Positions 38,222-46,668 of a stretch of DNA of 54,071 bases are shown piece by piece (within the stretch, counting starts at the first letter, position 1; every line of letters starts with the position of its first letter). Source of the stretch: Thermoproteota archaeon. Its GTDB lineage: Archaea > Thermoproteota > EX4484-205 > JAAOZP01. Where the stretch lies: NCBI GenBank assembly GCA_049700215.1, contig JBNAVT010000007.1, positions 1 to 54,071 on the forward strand. The letters are read 5' to 3'. Both the position numbers and the translations under genes were made by a program. The notes under the pieces are model-generated. The model was not told the origin of the DNA. It ran no database searches and was given only the letters and a program-made list of their open reading frames with translations.

Positions 38222-39025
38222 TCAATAGCAGAAAACAAGCTCCAGACCGATTTTTTTAGACGCCTCAAAGACTTTTCTCTTAACCTCATCATAATAGGAT
38301 GATTCGGAGAAGAATATTTTTCTCCACTCTTCGTACAGCTCCGGGTATTTTCTTGAAACAACTTTCGAAACCATGCTCCAGACCATTGGCCTCAGGTTGA
38401 GCCTGTCGACGTAAACATAGTCCGCCCCAGCTTCCCTAAACCTCGTTAAAAGGCGTTCGAAATCAGTTTCTGAAAGAAAAGGAAGTATTGGCCCGAAGAA
38501 AACATATGTTTTTAAACCGTTCTCCTTGGCAAGCCTGACTGCTTCAAGCCTCTCTTCAGGACTTGACGAAGCTGGCTCGAAAACCCTCCTGACCTCCTCA
38601 TCCAGCGTAACTACTGTAACCCCAACCTCGTTAAGCCCATTCCTCTTCAAAACATCCAGGTCTCTCGCAACAAGGTTTGACTTTGTTTGAACGATCACTG
38701 GAAAACCTTTTTGAACAAGCACCTCAAGTATTTTTCTCGTCAACTCGTATTTCTTCTCAACCGGTTGATACGGGTCGGTGAGGGAGCTCAAGAATACCTT
38801 TCCAACCCTCCTATTCTCAACCTCCCTTGAAAGAACCTCCAGCGCGTTAGTCTTAACGTCGAGAAACTCGCCCCACTCCTCCCTCCTTCTCCTGAACCTA
38901 AACGTTATTCCTGCAGCATAGCAGTATCTGCATCCATGCTGACAGCCTACATACGGGTTCACACAATAGTCTGCAATAGCGCTCTTGTTCAGAATTGTCT
39001 TGCACTCAACCTCCCTAATCTTCAC
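38222..39025 (-). CDS. Radical SAM protein, spore-photoproduct-lyase-like (Rv2578c/SPL family)
   Basis: NPYVGCQHGCRYCYA, SSLTDPYQP.E, QTKS..V.RD.D, FEP.....ERL, PILP. Confidence 0.88.
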   Translation of the reverse strand: MKIREVECKTILNKSAIADYCVNPYVGCQHGCRYCYAAGITFRFRRRREEWGEFLDVKTNALEVLSREVENRRVGKVFLSSLTDPYQPVEKKYELTRKILEVLVQKGFPVIVQTKSNLVARDLDVLKRNGLNEVGVTVVTLDEEVRRVFEPASSSPEERLEAVRLAKENGLKTYVFFGPILPFLSETDFERLLTRFREAGADYVYVDRLNLRPMVWSMVSKVVSRKYPELYEEWRKIFFSESSYYDEVKRKVFEASKKIGLELVFCY

Positions 39026-39087
39026 GGGACTATTACAGGCTTTTTCTAAATCTTATAAGCTTTTTATAGAAAAGCCAGTCGACTCTT

Positions 39088-40155
39088 TCAAGGGACAGGG
39101 CTGTTATCGAGGAAATCTGGGTCGAGGACGCTGCCTGCGAGAAGGCTTAGACCCAGAATCCTCGTCAACGCGAATGAAACAGGGATTCTCCTCATAAGGT
39201 TGAAAAGCATCCTCATCCAGAGTCCTTTTCTCAGCGCCCCCCCGATGGCTTTCATCCAGACAGAATCATATGTTTCAGCAAGGAAGCCCTCGTTGAAAAG
39301 GTTTCTTTCAAGAGCAACTGCGCAAGCATCCCCAGCTATTCTGCTGCAGATCCTGCTGTAGACAAGGCCGCCTAACGAGAATGGTTTAACCTGGCACGCA
39401 GCGTCCCCGACTAGGATAACCATGTCGGCTGAAGTCTTATTCATAAATCCGAGTCTTATCGAGTCCCCTACAAACCCGGCGTCGCAAGCCTCCATGCCCA
39501 GCTTCTTCAGGAAGAGCCTGAGCCTAGGTCTGGGATTATCACTGGTTAAAAGCCCTACTCTAGCCCTGCTCCTGCTTAAGGGTATTATCCAGGCGAAAAC
39601 ACCCTTGGAAAACTCTGGTTCAAACCTCAGCTCAACAACATCCTGTTCGAAGACGCCTTTGGCTACGCATTGGAGTGCGAAGAGAAGCTGCTCAGGCTGC
39701 TTCAAGCCGGTCAGCCTCGCGACAAGAGAGTTAGGCCCGTCTGCCCCCACGAGGATCCTTCCAGAGTAAAGGTTCCCCCTGCCCGTGACTACACGTCCTC
39801 CCCTTAGCCCGACCATCCTCTCGCCAAGCCTTATTTCAACGCCTTCCCCCAGAGCCTTTTCAGCAAGATGCTTATCGTAGCCAGCCCTATCTATCACAAG
39901 CATGTCTTTCTTAGAGTATACTTCAAAACTATTCTTGCCGAGGCAGAACCTCGCGGTGTCAACCCTGTTTAAAACAAGGCGTTGAGGAAGCTCGCCTATC
40001 TTCCAGCTGACGAGCCCCGCGCACTGCTCAGGCCTACCCACCTCATTATGCTCCTCGAGAACTATGGTTTTGAACCCCTTTTTAGAAATGAATGAGCCCG
40101 TTAAAAGACCGGAGGGCCCTCCACCGACTATCAGAGCGTCGCATTCAATCCTCAT
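39088..40155 (-). CDS. Geranylgeranyl reductase-family FAD oxidoreductase
   Basis: VGGGPSG, P.QCAG, IDR..YD..L, GADG.NS, FAWIIP, VGDAA.QVKP. Confidence 0.85.
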   Translation of the reverse strand: MRIECDALIVGGGPSGLLTGSFISKKGFKTIVLEEHNEVGRPEQCAGLVSWKIGELPQRLVLNRVDTARFCLGKNSFEVYSKKDMLVIDRAGYDKHLAEKALGEGVEIRLGERMVGLRGGRVVTGRGNLYSGRILVGADGPNSLVARLTGLKQPEQLLFALQCVAKGVFEQDVVELRFEPEFSKGVFAWIIPLSRSRARVGLLTSDNPRPRLRLFLKKLGMEACDAGFVGDSIRLGFMNKTSADMVILVGDAACQVKPFSLGGLVYSRICSRIAGDACAVALERNLFNEGFLAETYDSVWMKAIGGALRKGLWMRMLFNLMRRIPVSFALTRILGLSLLAGSVLDPDFLDNSPVP

Positions 40156-40164
40156 TAGCCCTAT

Positions 40165-40374
40165 TCATTCCTCTGTAACGAGCCCCTTATCCTTAAGCCT
40201 CTTCAAAACCGCGTCGAGCTCCCACAGGTGGCAAGGGATGGACCTCCATATTTTAGACAGAGGCATACGCTCCCCGCTCTTCAGAGCCTCGTAGACCTTT
40301 TTCTCAAGCTCGTCTAGATCAGTCTTCTCAAGCAAGTATTCGTGGGGGCCGACGACAACCCATTCCTCAACCAT
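40165..40374 (-). CDS. Small hypothetical protein, winged-helix-like
   Basis: LDELEKKVYEAL...LSKIW...LDAVLKRLKDKGLV; ATG 40374; directly upstream of the GGR gene. Confidence 0.55.
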   Translation of the reverse strand: MVEEWVVVGPHEYLLEKTDLDELEKKVYEALKSGERMPLSKIWRSIPCHLWELDAVLKRLKDKGLVTEE

Positions 40375-40476
40375 CCTGAGGCTTCTGGCGGGGAAGTAGT
40401 ATATTGGTTTTATGATTAACAAGCCATAGCTGCATAGAATAGCTTAAATACAGGAGGGCCAGGCAGAAGCTACGAA

Positions 40477-41661
40477 ATGCCGGGGAAAGTTGTTTCAACA
40501 TACTCGGGCGGCTTGGACTCCACGCTAATAACGATACTGTTGAAAGAGAAGTACGGCTACGATGAAGTAATTCCTGTTCTCGTCGACGTGGGCCAAGGGG
40601 AAGAGGAAATCAGGATCGCGTACGAGAGGGCGGAGAAGCTGGGTTTAAAAATACGTTTCATAGATGCTAAGCACGAGTTCGCCACCGAATACGTATTCAG
40701 ATGCGTTAAGGCTAACGGGAGCTACGGGGGATACCCCGTGGGAACATCGATGACCAGAGTCCTAATAGCTTCCAAGGCTGCTGAAATAGCTAAGAAGGAG
40801 GGGGCTGAGGCTGTTGCGCACGGTTGCACAGGCAAGGGTAACGACCAGTTTAGGATGGAAGTCGCGGTGAAATACGTGGACCCAAGCCTAAAAGTGATAG
40901 CGCCCGTTAGAGAGCTAAACCTGTCTAGGCTGGAGGAGGAGGAGATTCTGAGGAAACACGGTATTGAGCCTAAGAAGCCCAAGGGGAAGCTTGGCGGAGA
41001 CGTGAACATGTGGTCCCACTCCATTGGGAGCGGGCAGGTTGAGGATCTTTACACGCAGTATCCTGAGGACTATATTTGGGCCGTCCACCCAGAGAAGGCT
41101 CCAGACACTCCACAGAAGATTCGAATAACCTATGAGAAAGGCGTCCCCGTGGAGGTAGACGGAGTTAGAGACCCCGTGGAAATAATATTGTACTTAAACA
41201 GGGTTGGCGGGCAGCACGGCGTCGGCAGGATAGACATTATTGAAGACGGGATCTTGGGCTTAAAGTCCAGGGAGCTTTACGAGGCTCCGGCTGCAGCAAT
41301 ACTCTTAAACACCCACGCAAACCTTGAGCAGTTAACCCTTACGAAGGAGCAGTTGAGGGTGAAGAGAGAGATAGACAAGATTTGGGCTGAAATAGTTTAC
41401 CACGGAATGTGGTTCCACCCGTTGAGAAAGGATCTTGACGCTTTCATCGATTCTACGCAGAAATATGTCTCCGGGAGGCTTGAAGTGAATCTTTACAAGG
41501 GTAACATTGAGGTTGTGGGAAGAGAGTCTAAATATAGTCTTTTCTCGCCAGAGCTAAGGTCCATTAAGAAGGCTGGCTTCGACCAGAGAGACGCTACGGG
41601 AGCTGTTAAGCTCTATGCTTTGCCATACCAGCTTTACACTAGGAGAGAGCATGAGGAGTAA
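40477..41661 (+). CDS. argG: Argininosuccinate synthase
   Basis: YSGGLDS, AHGCTGKGNDQFR, GLKSRELYEAP. Confidence 0.96.
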   Translation: MPGKVVSTYSGGLDSTLITILLKEKYGYDEVIPVLVDVGQGEEEIRIAYERAEKLGLKIRFIDAKHEFATEYVFRCVKANGSYGGYPVGTSMTRVLIASKAAEIAKKEGAEAVAHGCTGKGNDQFRMEVAVKYVDPSLKVIAPVRELNLSRLEEEEILRKHGIEPKKPKGKLGGDVNMWSHSIGSGQVEDLYTQYPEDYIWAVHPEKAPDTPQKIRITYEKGVPVEVDGVRDPVEIILYLNRVGGQHGVGRIDIIEDGILGLKSRELYEAPAAAILLNTHANLEQLTLTKEQLRVKREIDKIWAEIVYHGMWFHPLRKDLDAFIDSTQKYVSGRLEVNLYKGNIEVVGRESKYSLFSPELRSIKKAGFDQRDATGAVKLYALPYQLYTRREHEE

Positions 41662-41764
41662 GCCGCCTCAAACATTTTTTTCAAAGGCCTAGTAACCGGT
41701 TTGCTGCTGCAGAGCTGTTATCCGAGGAAACTGTTTTTAGGAAGCGTTTTAATAGTAAAGCAGA

Positions 41765-42964
41765 ATGACTCAGGAAACCGTCGTAGTCTACTCTAAACAC
41801 TGGCTTGCAGTATTCTTGCTAGTAGGCTTCATCGCCGCCGGGCTAATAGTTTCCTCCATAATCCTTCATTCAGAGCTGGCGGAGCTTAACGAGAAGATTG
41901 AGAGCCTAGAGTTCGCGGTGAACCGTTTAAACGATGAAGTCACCAGAGTTAAGGAGTCGCAGCCGAGCCCAAGCCTAGTCTACTTTAACGCGAGCTTCAC
42001 TGAACTCTACGAGAAAACCATCAGAGGCGTTGTAATGGTGACGGGCTTAGCACAAGCTCTTCTAGGCGAGGATGTTGGCCTCGGCTCGGGCTTCGTGGTG
42101 AAACACGGCTCAACACACTATATTTTGACCAACTACCATGTGGTGAGGAATGTGAGTAATCTTACAGTGACCTTTTTCAACGGGGAAAGCTATCCCGCTC
42201 AAGTAGTGGGCACTGACCCTTACAGCGACCTGGCTGTTTTGAACTGCACAGCCCCCCTTGAGCTTTACTATCCTTTAAACATGACTTTCAGCAGCAGTTT
42301 AAGGGTTGGAGACTTGGTGATAGCGATAGGAAACCCGTTTGGCCTAACAGGCACCATGACGACAGGCGTTGTCAGCCAGCTCGGCCGGACGATAACGAGC
42401 GAGTTCACAGGAGGCTATGCTATAGCGAACATTATTCAGACAAGCGCACCCATAAACCCAGGCAACTCTGGAGGACCATTGCTTAACGCTATGGGAGAGG
42501 TGGTTGGGATGAATACTGCAATAATCAGGGACAGCCAGGGCGTGGGCTTCGCAGTCCCGTCGAACACGATTTTGAGAGAACTGCCATACCTGGTGGAGAC
42601 TGGCGGTTACGATAGGCATCCTTGGCTTGGGCTGAGAGGGATTAACGTAAACTACTACATTGCTAAAGCAGCCGGTTTTAACGTAACATACGGGTGGCTT
42701 ATCCAGGAGGTTATTCCCGAAGGCCCCTCAGATAAGGCTGGCCTAAGAGGAGGAACCAAGACCCTAACTGTTCTGGGGACGGAGATAAAGATAGGAGGGG
42801 ACCTGATAATCTCCATAGATGGACACCCCGTTAGGAATAATGATGACATTGCTAGGATACTGGAGGAATACACTTACCCCGGTCAAACGGTTAACCTGAC
42901 TATTGTAAGAGATGGTTTAAAGCTGGTCGTCCCGGTGACGCTTGGAAAAAGGCCTCCGCCCTAG
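41765..42964 (+). CDS. HtrA/DegP-like membrane-anchored serine protease with PDZ domain
   Basis: N-terminal TM + coiled coil; triad TNYHV, DLAVL, GNSGGP; C-terminal PDZ (GPSDKAGL..GDLI). Confidence 0.93.
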   Translation: MTQETVVVYSKHWLAVFLLVGFIAAGLIVSSIILHSELAELNEKIESLEFAVNRLNDEVTRVKESQPSPSLVYFNASFTELYEKTIRGVVMVTGLAQALLGEDVGLGSGFVVKHGSTHYILTNYHVVRNVSNLTVTFFNGESYPAQVVGTDPYSDLAVLNCTAPLELYYPLNMTFSSSLRVGDLVIAIGNPFGLTGTMTTGVVSQLGRTITSEFTGGYAIANIIQTSAPINPGNSGGPLLNAMGEVVGMNTAIIRDSQGVGFAVPSNTILRELPYLVETGGYDRHPWLGLRGINVNYYIAKAAGFNVTYGWLIQEVIPEGPSDKAGLRGGTKTLTVLGTEIKIGGDLIISIDGHPVRNNDDIARILEEYTYPGQTVNLTIVRDGLKLVVPVTLGKRPPP

Positions 42965-42970
42965 CTGCCA

Positions 42971-44119
42971 CTACTCTATAATCCTGCTCCACATTTCTTT
43001 CGCAAGCCCACCCTCGTACTTCATCAGGCTAAGCTTCTCCCTAGCGTCTTCACGCCTAGTACCATGATTCGCCAGAAAACCAGTAACCTTCTCAACAAGT
43101 ATCTCCTTTATCTCTCCGCTGAGCATTCTGCCCGAAGAGTACTCCTCCCTGATCCTCCTAAGCTTCTCATCATCCTCCTCGAAAAAGAAGTGGAGCCACT
43201 GGTATGGCACATCCACATCCGGGTTTCCACCGAGCCTCCTGTGCTCCTCAACTGTGGGCTGGCCTCCTGAGAAAGCTTGAAATATCTTCCTCCTAACGCT
43301 TTTCTCATCCTCGTTAAGATAGATCGCGCTCTCCGGCTGGGAGGCGCTCATCTTACCCGATGGACCCGTCAAAGGCGGGAGGAACTTGCTGTGAATAGCC
43401 GCAGTCTTATGGTAGCCGAAGCTTTCAGCAATATCCCTCTGGATCCTCCAGTAGGGGTCTTGGTCTATCGCAGCCGGGATTAAACACCGCCTCTTCTCGA
43501 AGAAAGTCACGCATATTTGGAAAGCAGGGTAGAAGATCATGCCTATGTTCGTGCTCGCGTCAAACCCGAAAACCGCTCTAACCCAGCTGAAATTAACCTT
43601 CTTAGCAATCTTCAAAACCATGGGATACATGTTCCGCACATACTCCATGTCCTGGAATATGAAAGTCCTGTCTGGGTTGAACCCGACTGCAGCAATATCA
43701 AGCGCGTTCTCGAGAGACCATTTCCTAACGTCTTCGATAGTGAGGTTCCTGCTTTCCTCAAGGAACTTCTCGTCGTCCGTCAGCTCAATGTAAACGTTGC
43801 ACCTAAACCTGTCTTGAAGCCATTTAGTGAAGTAGAAGGGGATAATGTGTCCCAGCGTCATGGGCCCGCTTGGACCCCTGCCAGTGTAAAGGAAGAACCC
43901 CCTCCCAGCCTCATAGTCATCCAGAACCCTGTCCAGGTCCCTGTGGGAGAAGAAGATGCCTCTCCTCAGGAGAAGATGGTCTTCACCAGCTAGGCTGACA
44001 AGCCTGTCTTTAAGCTCTCGAGTAAGAGGCTCAGTCCCGAAGTCCCTTATCAGCTTCTCATAGTCCACTACTCCCTCCACAGTCCAGGGAGTAACCTTGA
44101 ACTCGCCTTGCTGCCCCAT
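42971..44119 (-). CDS. trpS: Tryptophanyl-tRNA synthetase (archaeal/eukaryotic type)
   Basis: VTPW, LYTGRGPS..MTLGH, TDDEKF, AIDQDPYWR, KMSAS. Confidence 0.95.
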   Translation of the reverse strand: MGQQGEFKVTPWTVEGVVDYEKLIRDFGTEPLTRELKDRLVSLAGEDHLLLRRGIFFSHRDLDRVLDDYEAGRGFFLYTGRGPSGPMTLGHIIPFYFTKWLQDRFRCNVYIELTDDEKFLEESRNLTIEDVRKWSLENALDIAAVGFNPDRTFIFQDMEYVRNMYPMVLKIAKKVNFSWVRAVFGFDASTNIGMIFYPAFQICVTFFEKRRCLIPAAIDQDPYWRIQRDIAESFGYHKTAAIHSKFLPPLTGPSGKMSASQPESAIYLNEDEKSVRRKIFQAFSGGQPTVEEHRRLGGNPDVDVPYQWLHFFFEEDDEKLRRIREEYSSGRMLSGEIKEILVEKVTGFLANHGTRREDAREKLSLMKYEGGLAKEMWSRIIE

Positions 44120-44238
44120 TTTGAAAGAAGAGAACCCTAAAGACTTTATTTAAGCTTGAACCCTGTAAGCTGGAAGCTGGGATTTTCGCCACAGGAGCTG
44201 AACCAAAGATTCATATAGTGTTGCTTGAAGAAATACTT

Positions 44239-44289
44239 ATGGTTAAACTCAGATTGAAGGTCGGGCCTAAGGGGCAAATAATACTTCCA
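44239..44289 (+). pseudogene. Truncated AbrB/MazE/SpoVT-family antitoxin/regulator relic
   Basis: ATG 44239 encodes MVKLRLKVGPKGQIILP (AbrB N-terminal motif); similarity ends at AGCGCGCGCT 44290; the frame runs on with unrelated residues to TAA 44373. Confidence 0.65.
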
Positions 44290-44299
44290 AGCGCGCGCT
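44290..44299. repeat. Dispersed palindromic motif, copy 3 (AGCGCGCGCT)
   Basis: At the truncation point of the abrB relic. Confidence 0.55.
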
Positions 44300-44406
44300 C
44301 GGGGTTCCACACTTTGGCAAAATTCTGTTCCCTCTGGCAGCGCGTGCGTACCCGCTTGTTGCCTCCAGAGTAATCTTTTTAACACCAGCTCGTAAGGCTC
44401 TAAAGG

Positions 44407-44811
44407 ATGAAGTATAGGCTTATGGACCTGCTTGCGTGCCCCATCGACAAGGATTTCCCCTTAAAGCTGATAGTTTTTCAGGAGGAGGAGAGAAGCATAG
44501 ATTTTAAGTGTGATAACGTGGTGTGTGAACTCTACTGTGGCCTAAAAGCATCATATGTTAAAGATGCTAATCTCGATGCGGAGGTGTGCAACCAGTGCAT
44601 GAGGAAAGAGGTTTTAAATGGCATCTTAATATGCTCTAAATGTAACAGGTGGTATCCAATTTTGGACGAAATTCCCCAACTTCTTCCCGACGAGTTAAGA
44701 GAATCAAACGAAGACCTTTCCTTCCTAAGGAAGTATGCTGAAAAGATTCCTAAAAACATACTTGAACAAGGGAAGCCTTTCAACCTCGCGACAACAGGTA
44801 AACGTTTCTGA
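44407..44811 (+). CDS. Trm112-family methyltransferase activator
   Basis: MKYRLMDLLACPIDK.FPL.L ... GILICSKCNRWYPI.DEIP.LLPDELR. Confidence 0.88.
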   Translation: MKYRLMDLLACPIDKDFPLKLIVFQEEERSIDFKCDNVVCELYCGLKASYVKDANLDAEVCNQCMRKEVLNGILICSKCNRWYPILDEIPQLLPDELRESNEDLSFLRKYAEKIPKNILEQGKPFNLATTGKRF

Positions 44812-44899
44812 GCTAACTGACCTCATTGACTCCATGGAAATCGAGGAAGTAAGCGATTTCGGAGATACTCATGAGCTGAGGAGGGTTCTATATGGCTAG
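44810..44899 (+). pseudogene. Possible C-terminal fragment of a VapB-type antitoxin
   Basis: ELTDLIDSMEIEEVSDFGDTHELRRVLYG* resembles acidic archaeal antitoxin tails; lacks the N-terminal part; ends in palindrome CTAGCGCGCGCTAG. Confidence 0.35.
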
Positions 44900-44909
44900 C
44901 GCGCGCTAG
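44896..44909. repeat. Dispersed palindromic motif, copy 4 (CTAGCGCGCGCTAG)
   Basis: Perfect 14-bp palindrome at the end of the antitoxin-like fragment. Confidence 0.55.
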
Positions 44910-44972
44910 ATTTGACGAGCCATCCGAGAGCAGGGATCAGGCTTATTCAGTTTTACACCCAATATGATGCTG

Positions 44973-45662
44973 CTAAACATTCCTGATCTTGCAGACTTCG
45001 AAGAAAAGCTTTATTTCGCCGCATATTTTTTCAAGCTCACTCGCCTGATAAACCTGTTTCTCAAGAAAAGCTTTATCAAGGGTTTTAGTAGGCTTAAACT
45101 GCTGGATGAAGAATCTTCTCGCACCTCTAAGCCACTCGGCTATAGCAACTATATCCTCCCCCGCGAGAAGCTCTGGGACAACGGTTGTCCTGAACTCGTG
45201 CTCCGGGAAAGCCCTAACTATTTCCACGCTCTCAGCAACCTTACCAGCATCCACCTTAACCCTTACGACACTCTCGTATTTTTCTAACGGTGCTTTAACA
45301 TCCATAGCAATATAGTCGACAAGCTTTTCCGCTATGAGCCTCCTAAGCATTTCAGGGTTTGTTCCATTCGTATCCAGCTTAACAGAATACCCTAGGCCCT
45401 TAACCCTTCTAATGAAACCAGGAAGATCATCGTGAAGAGTCGGCTCTCCACCGGTTACGCACACTCCGTCGAGAAAGCCTTTCCTCTCCTCGAGGAAGCG
45501 GAACACTTCCTCCCCGGGAACCGGTGGTGTTCCATCGTCCACAACCAGCTCAGGGTTATGGCAGTAGGGGCAGCGAAAATTACAGCCGAAAGTGAACAGT
45601 GTGCACGCAACTCTACCCGGATAGTCTATCAGGCTCAGCTTCTGCACTCCTTTTATTATCAA
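44973..45662 (-). CDS. nrdG: Anaerobic ribonucleoside-triphosphate reductase activating protein (radical SAM)
   Basis: SLIDYPG, GCNFRCPYCHN, TGGEPT, KLDTNG, AMDVKA, EFRTTVVP. Confidence 0.88.
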   Translation of the reverse strand: MIIKGVQKLSLIDYPGRVACTLFTFGCNFRCPYCHNPELVVDDGTPPVPGEEVFRFLEERKGFLDGVCVTGGEPTLHDDLPGFIRRVKGLGYSVKLDTNGTNPEMLRRLIAEKLVDYIAMDVKAPLEKYESVVRVKVDAGKVAESVEIVRAFPEHEFRTTVVPELLAGEDIVAIAEWLRGARRFFIQQFKPTKTLDKAFLEKQVYQASELEKICGEIKLFFEVCKIRNV

Positions 45663-45820
45663 GTTCCGACTTCACTGTTTTTCAAAGGGGATTTAAGGCT
45701 TATTCTGAGAAACAATTCGGAAAAAGCCCTCTCAATTATCTAATTAACGACACGTTTCCAAAATCGTTAAGGAAATACCTGTGGCCTTTCTCGAGCCCCG
45801 CTGTTCTCACTATTCTCTTA

Positions 45821-45830
45821 AGCGCACGCT
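45821..45830. repeat. Dispersed palindromic motif, copy 5 (AGCGCACGCT)
   Basis: Reverse complement of copy 1; intergenic between purQ end and nrdG start. Confidence 0.55.
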
Positions 45831-45870
45831 AAAATTAAGCATAGTTCCCACTCTGACAAAACTAAGATTC

Positions 45871-46665
45871 TTACCAGTATTTCTCAAAGTAGTTTATCAT
45901 GCTTTCGAACACTTTTCTTCCGTTGCCTTTTTCCGCGGGCTTCCTGCTCCACTCTGGAAGCTGCCATCCATAGAACGCTCTCTCAGGGTGTGGCATCATA
46001 CCCATAACGTTCCTCCTAGCGTTGCATATTCCTGCGATATCGTATGTTGAGCCGTTAGGATTATACGGGTAGAGCCCGTTCGCCTCATCTCCGTTTGGAA
46101 GAACGTATCTGAAGACCACCTGCCGGCTCCTCTTAAGGTTCTCCAACGCCTCTTCCGAACTCGTTAGAAACCTTCCTTCAGCATGCCCCACAGGCATTCT
46201 GAGAACCTCGCCCATCTTCATCGCCGTTGTGAAAGGAGTCTCATTGCTCTCAACCCTCAGCCAGACCCATCTGCACTCATACCTCGCTGAAGAATTGTTT
46301 GCAAGCGCCACCAAAGGGGTTTCACTAACACCGTCTCCAGGCAGTATTCCGGCTTCAACGAGAACCTGGAAACCGTTGCAGATGCCCAGTAGGAGCCTGT
46401 CTTCCTCTATAAACCTCTCCAGCTCCAGCCCAAGCCTTGCCAAGACCCTCTTGCCCCATACTGCGCCAGCCCTCACGTAGTCCCCGTATGAGAATCCCCC
46501 TGGGAAAACGATCAGATGGTAGTCGAGAAGGCTTTTCTTCTCAATCTGGTTCATATGGACTATTTCAACCTTAAAACCCACTTCCTCGAGAGCTATTTTC
46601 GTCTCAAGATCGCAATTCGTGCCGCCGGTCCTCAGGACGCATGCTTTAAACCTTCCAAGGCCCAT
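45871..46665 (-). CDS. purQ: Phosphoribosylformylglycinamidine synthase subunit PurQ
   Basis: GTNCD.E, PGGFSYGDY, GICNGFQ, HAEG, NPNGS, MMPHPER. Confidence 0.96.
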   Translation of the reverse strand: MGLGRFKACVLRTGGTNCDLETKIALEEVGFKVEIVHMNQIEKKSLLDYHLIVFPGGFSYGDYVRAGAVWGKRVLARLGLELERFIEEDRLLLGICNGFQVLVEAGILPGDGVSETPLVALANNSSARYECRWVWLRVESNETPFTTAMKMGEVLRMPVGHAEGRFLTSSEEALENLKRSRQVVFRYVLPNGDEANGLYPYNPNGSTYDIAGICNARRNVMGMMPHPERAFYGWQLPEWSRKPAEKGNGRKVFESMINYFEKYW

Positions 46666-46668
46666 TTT

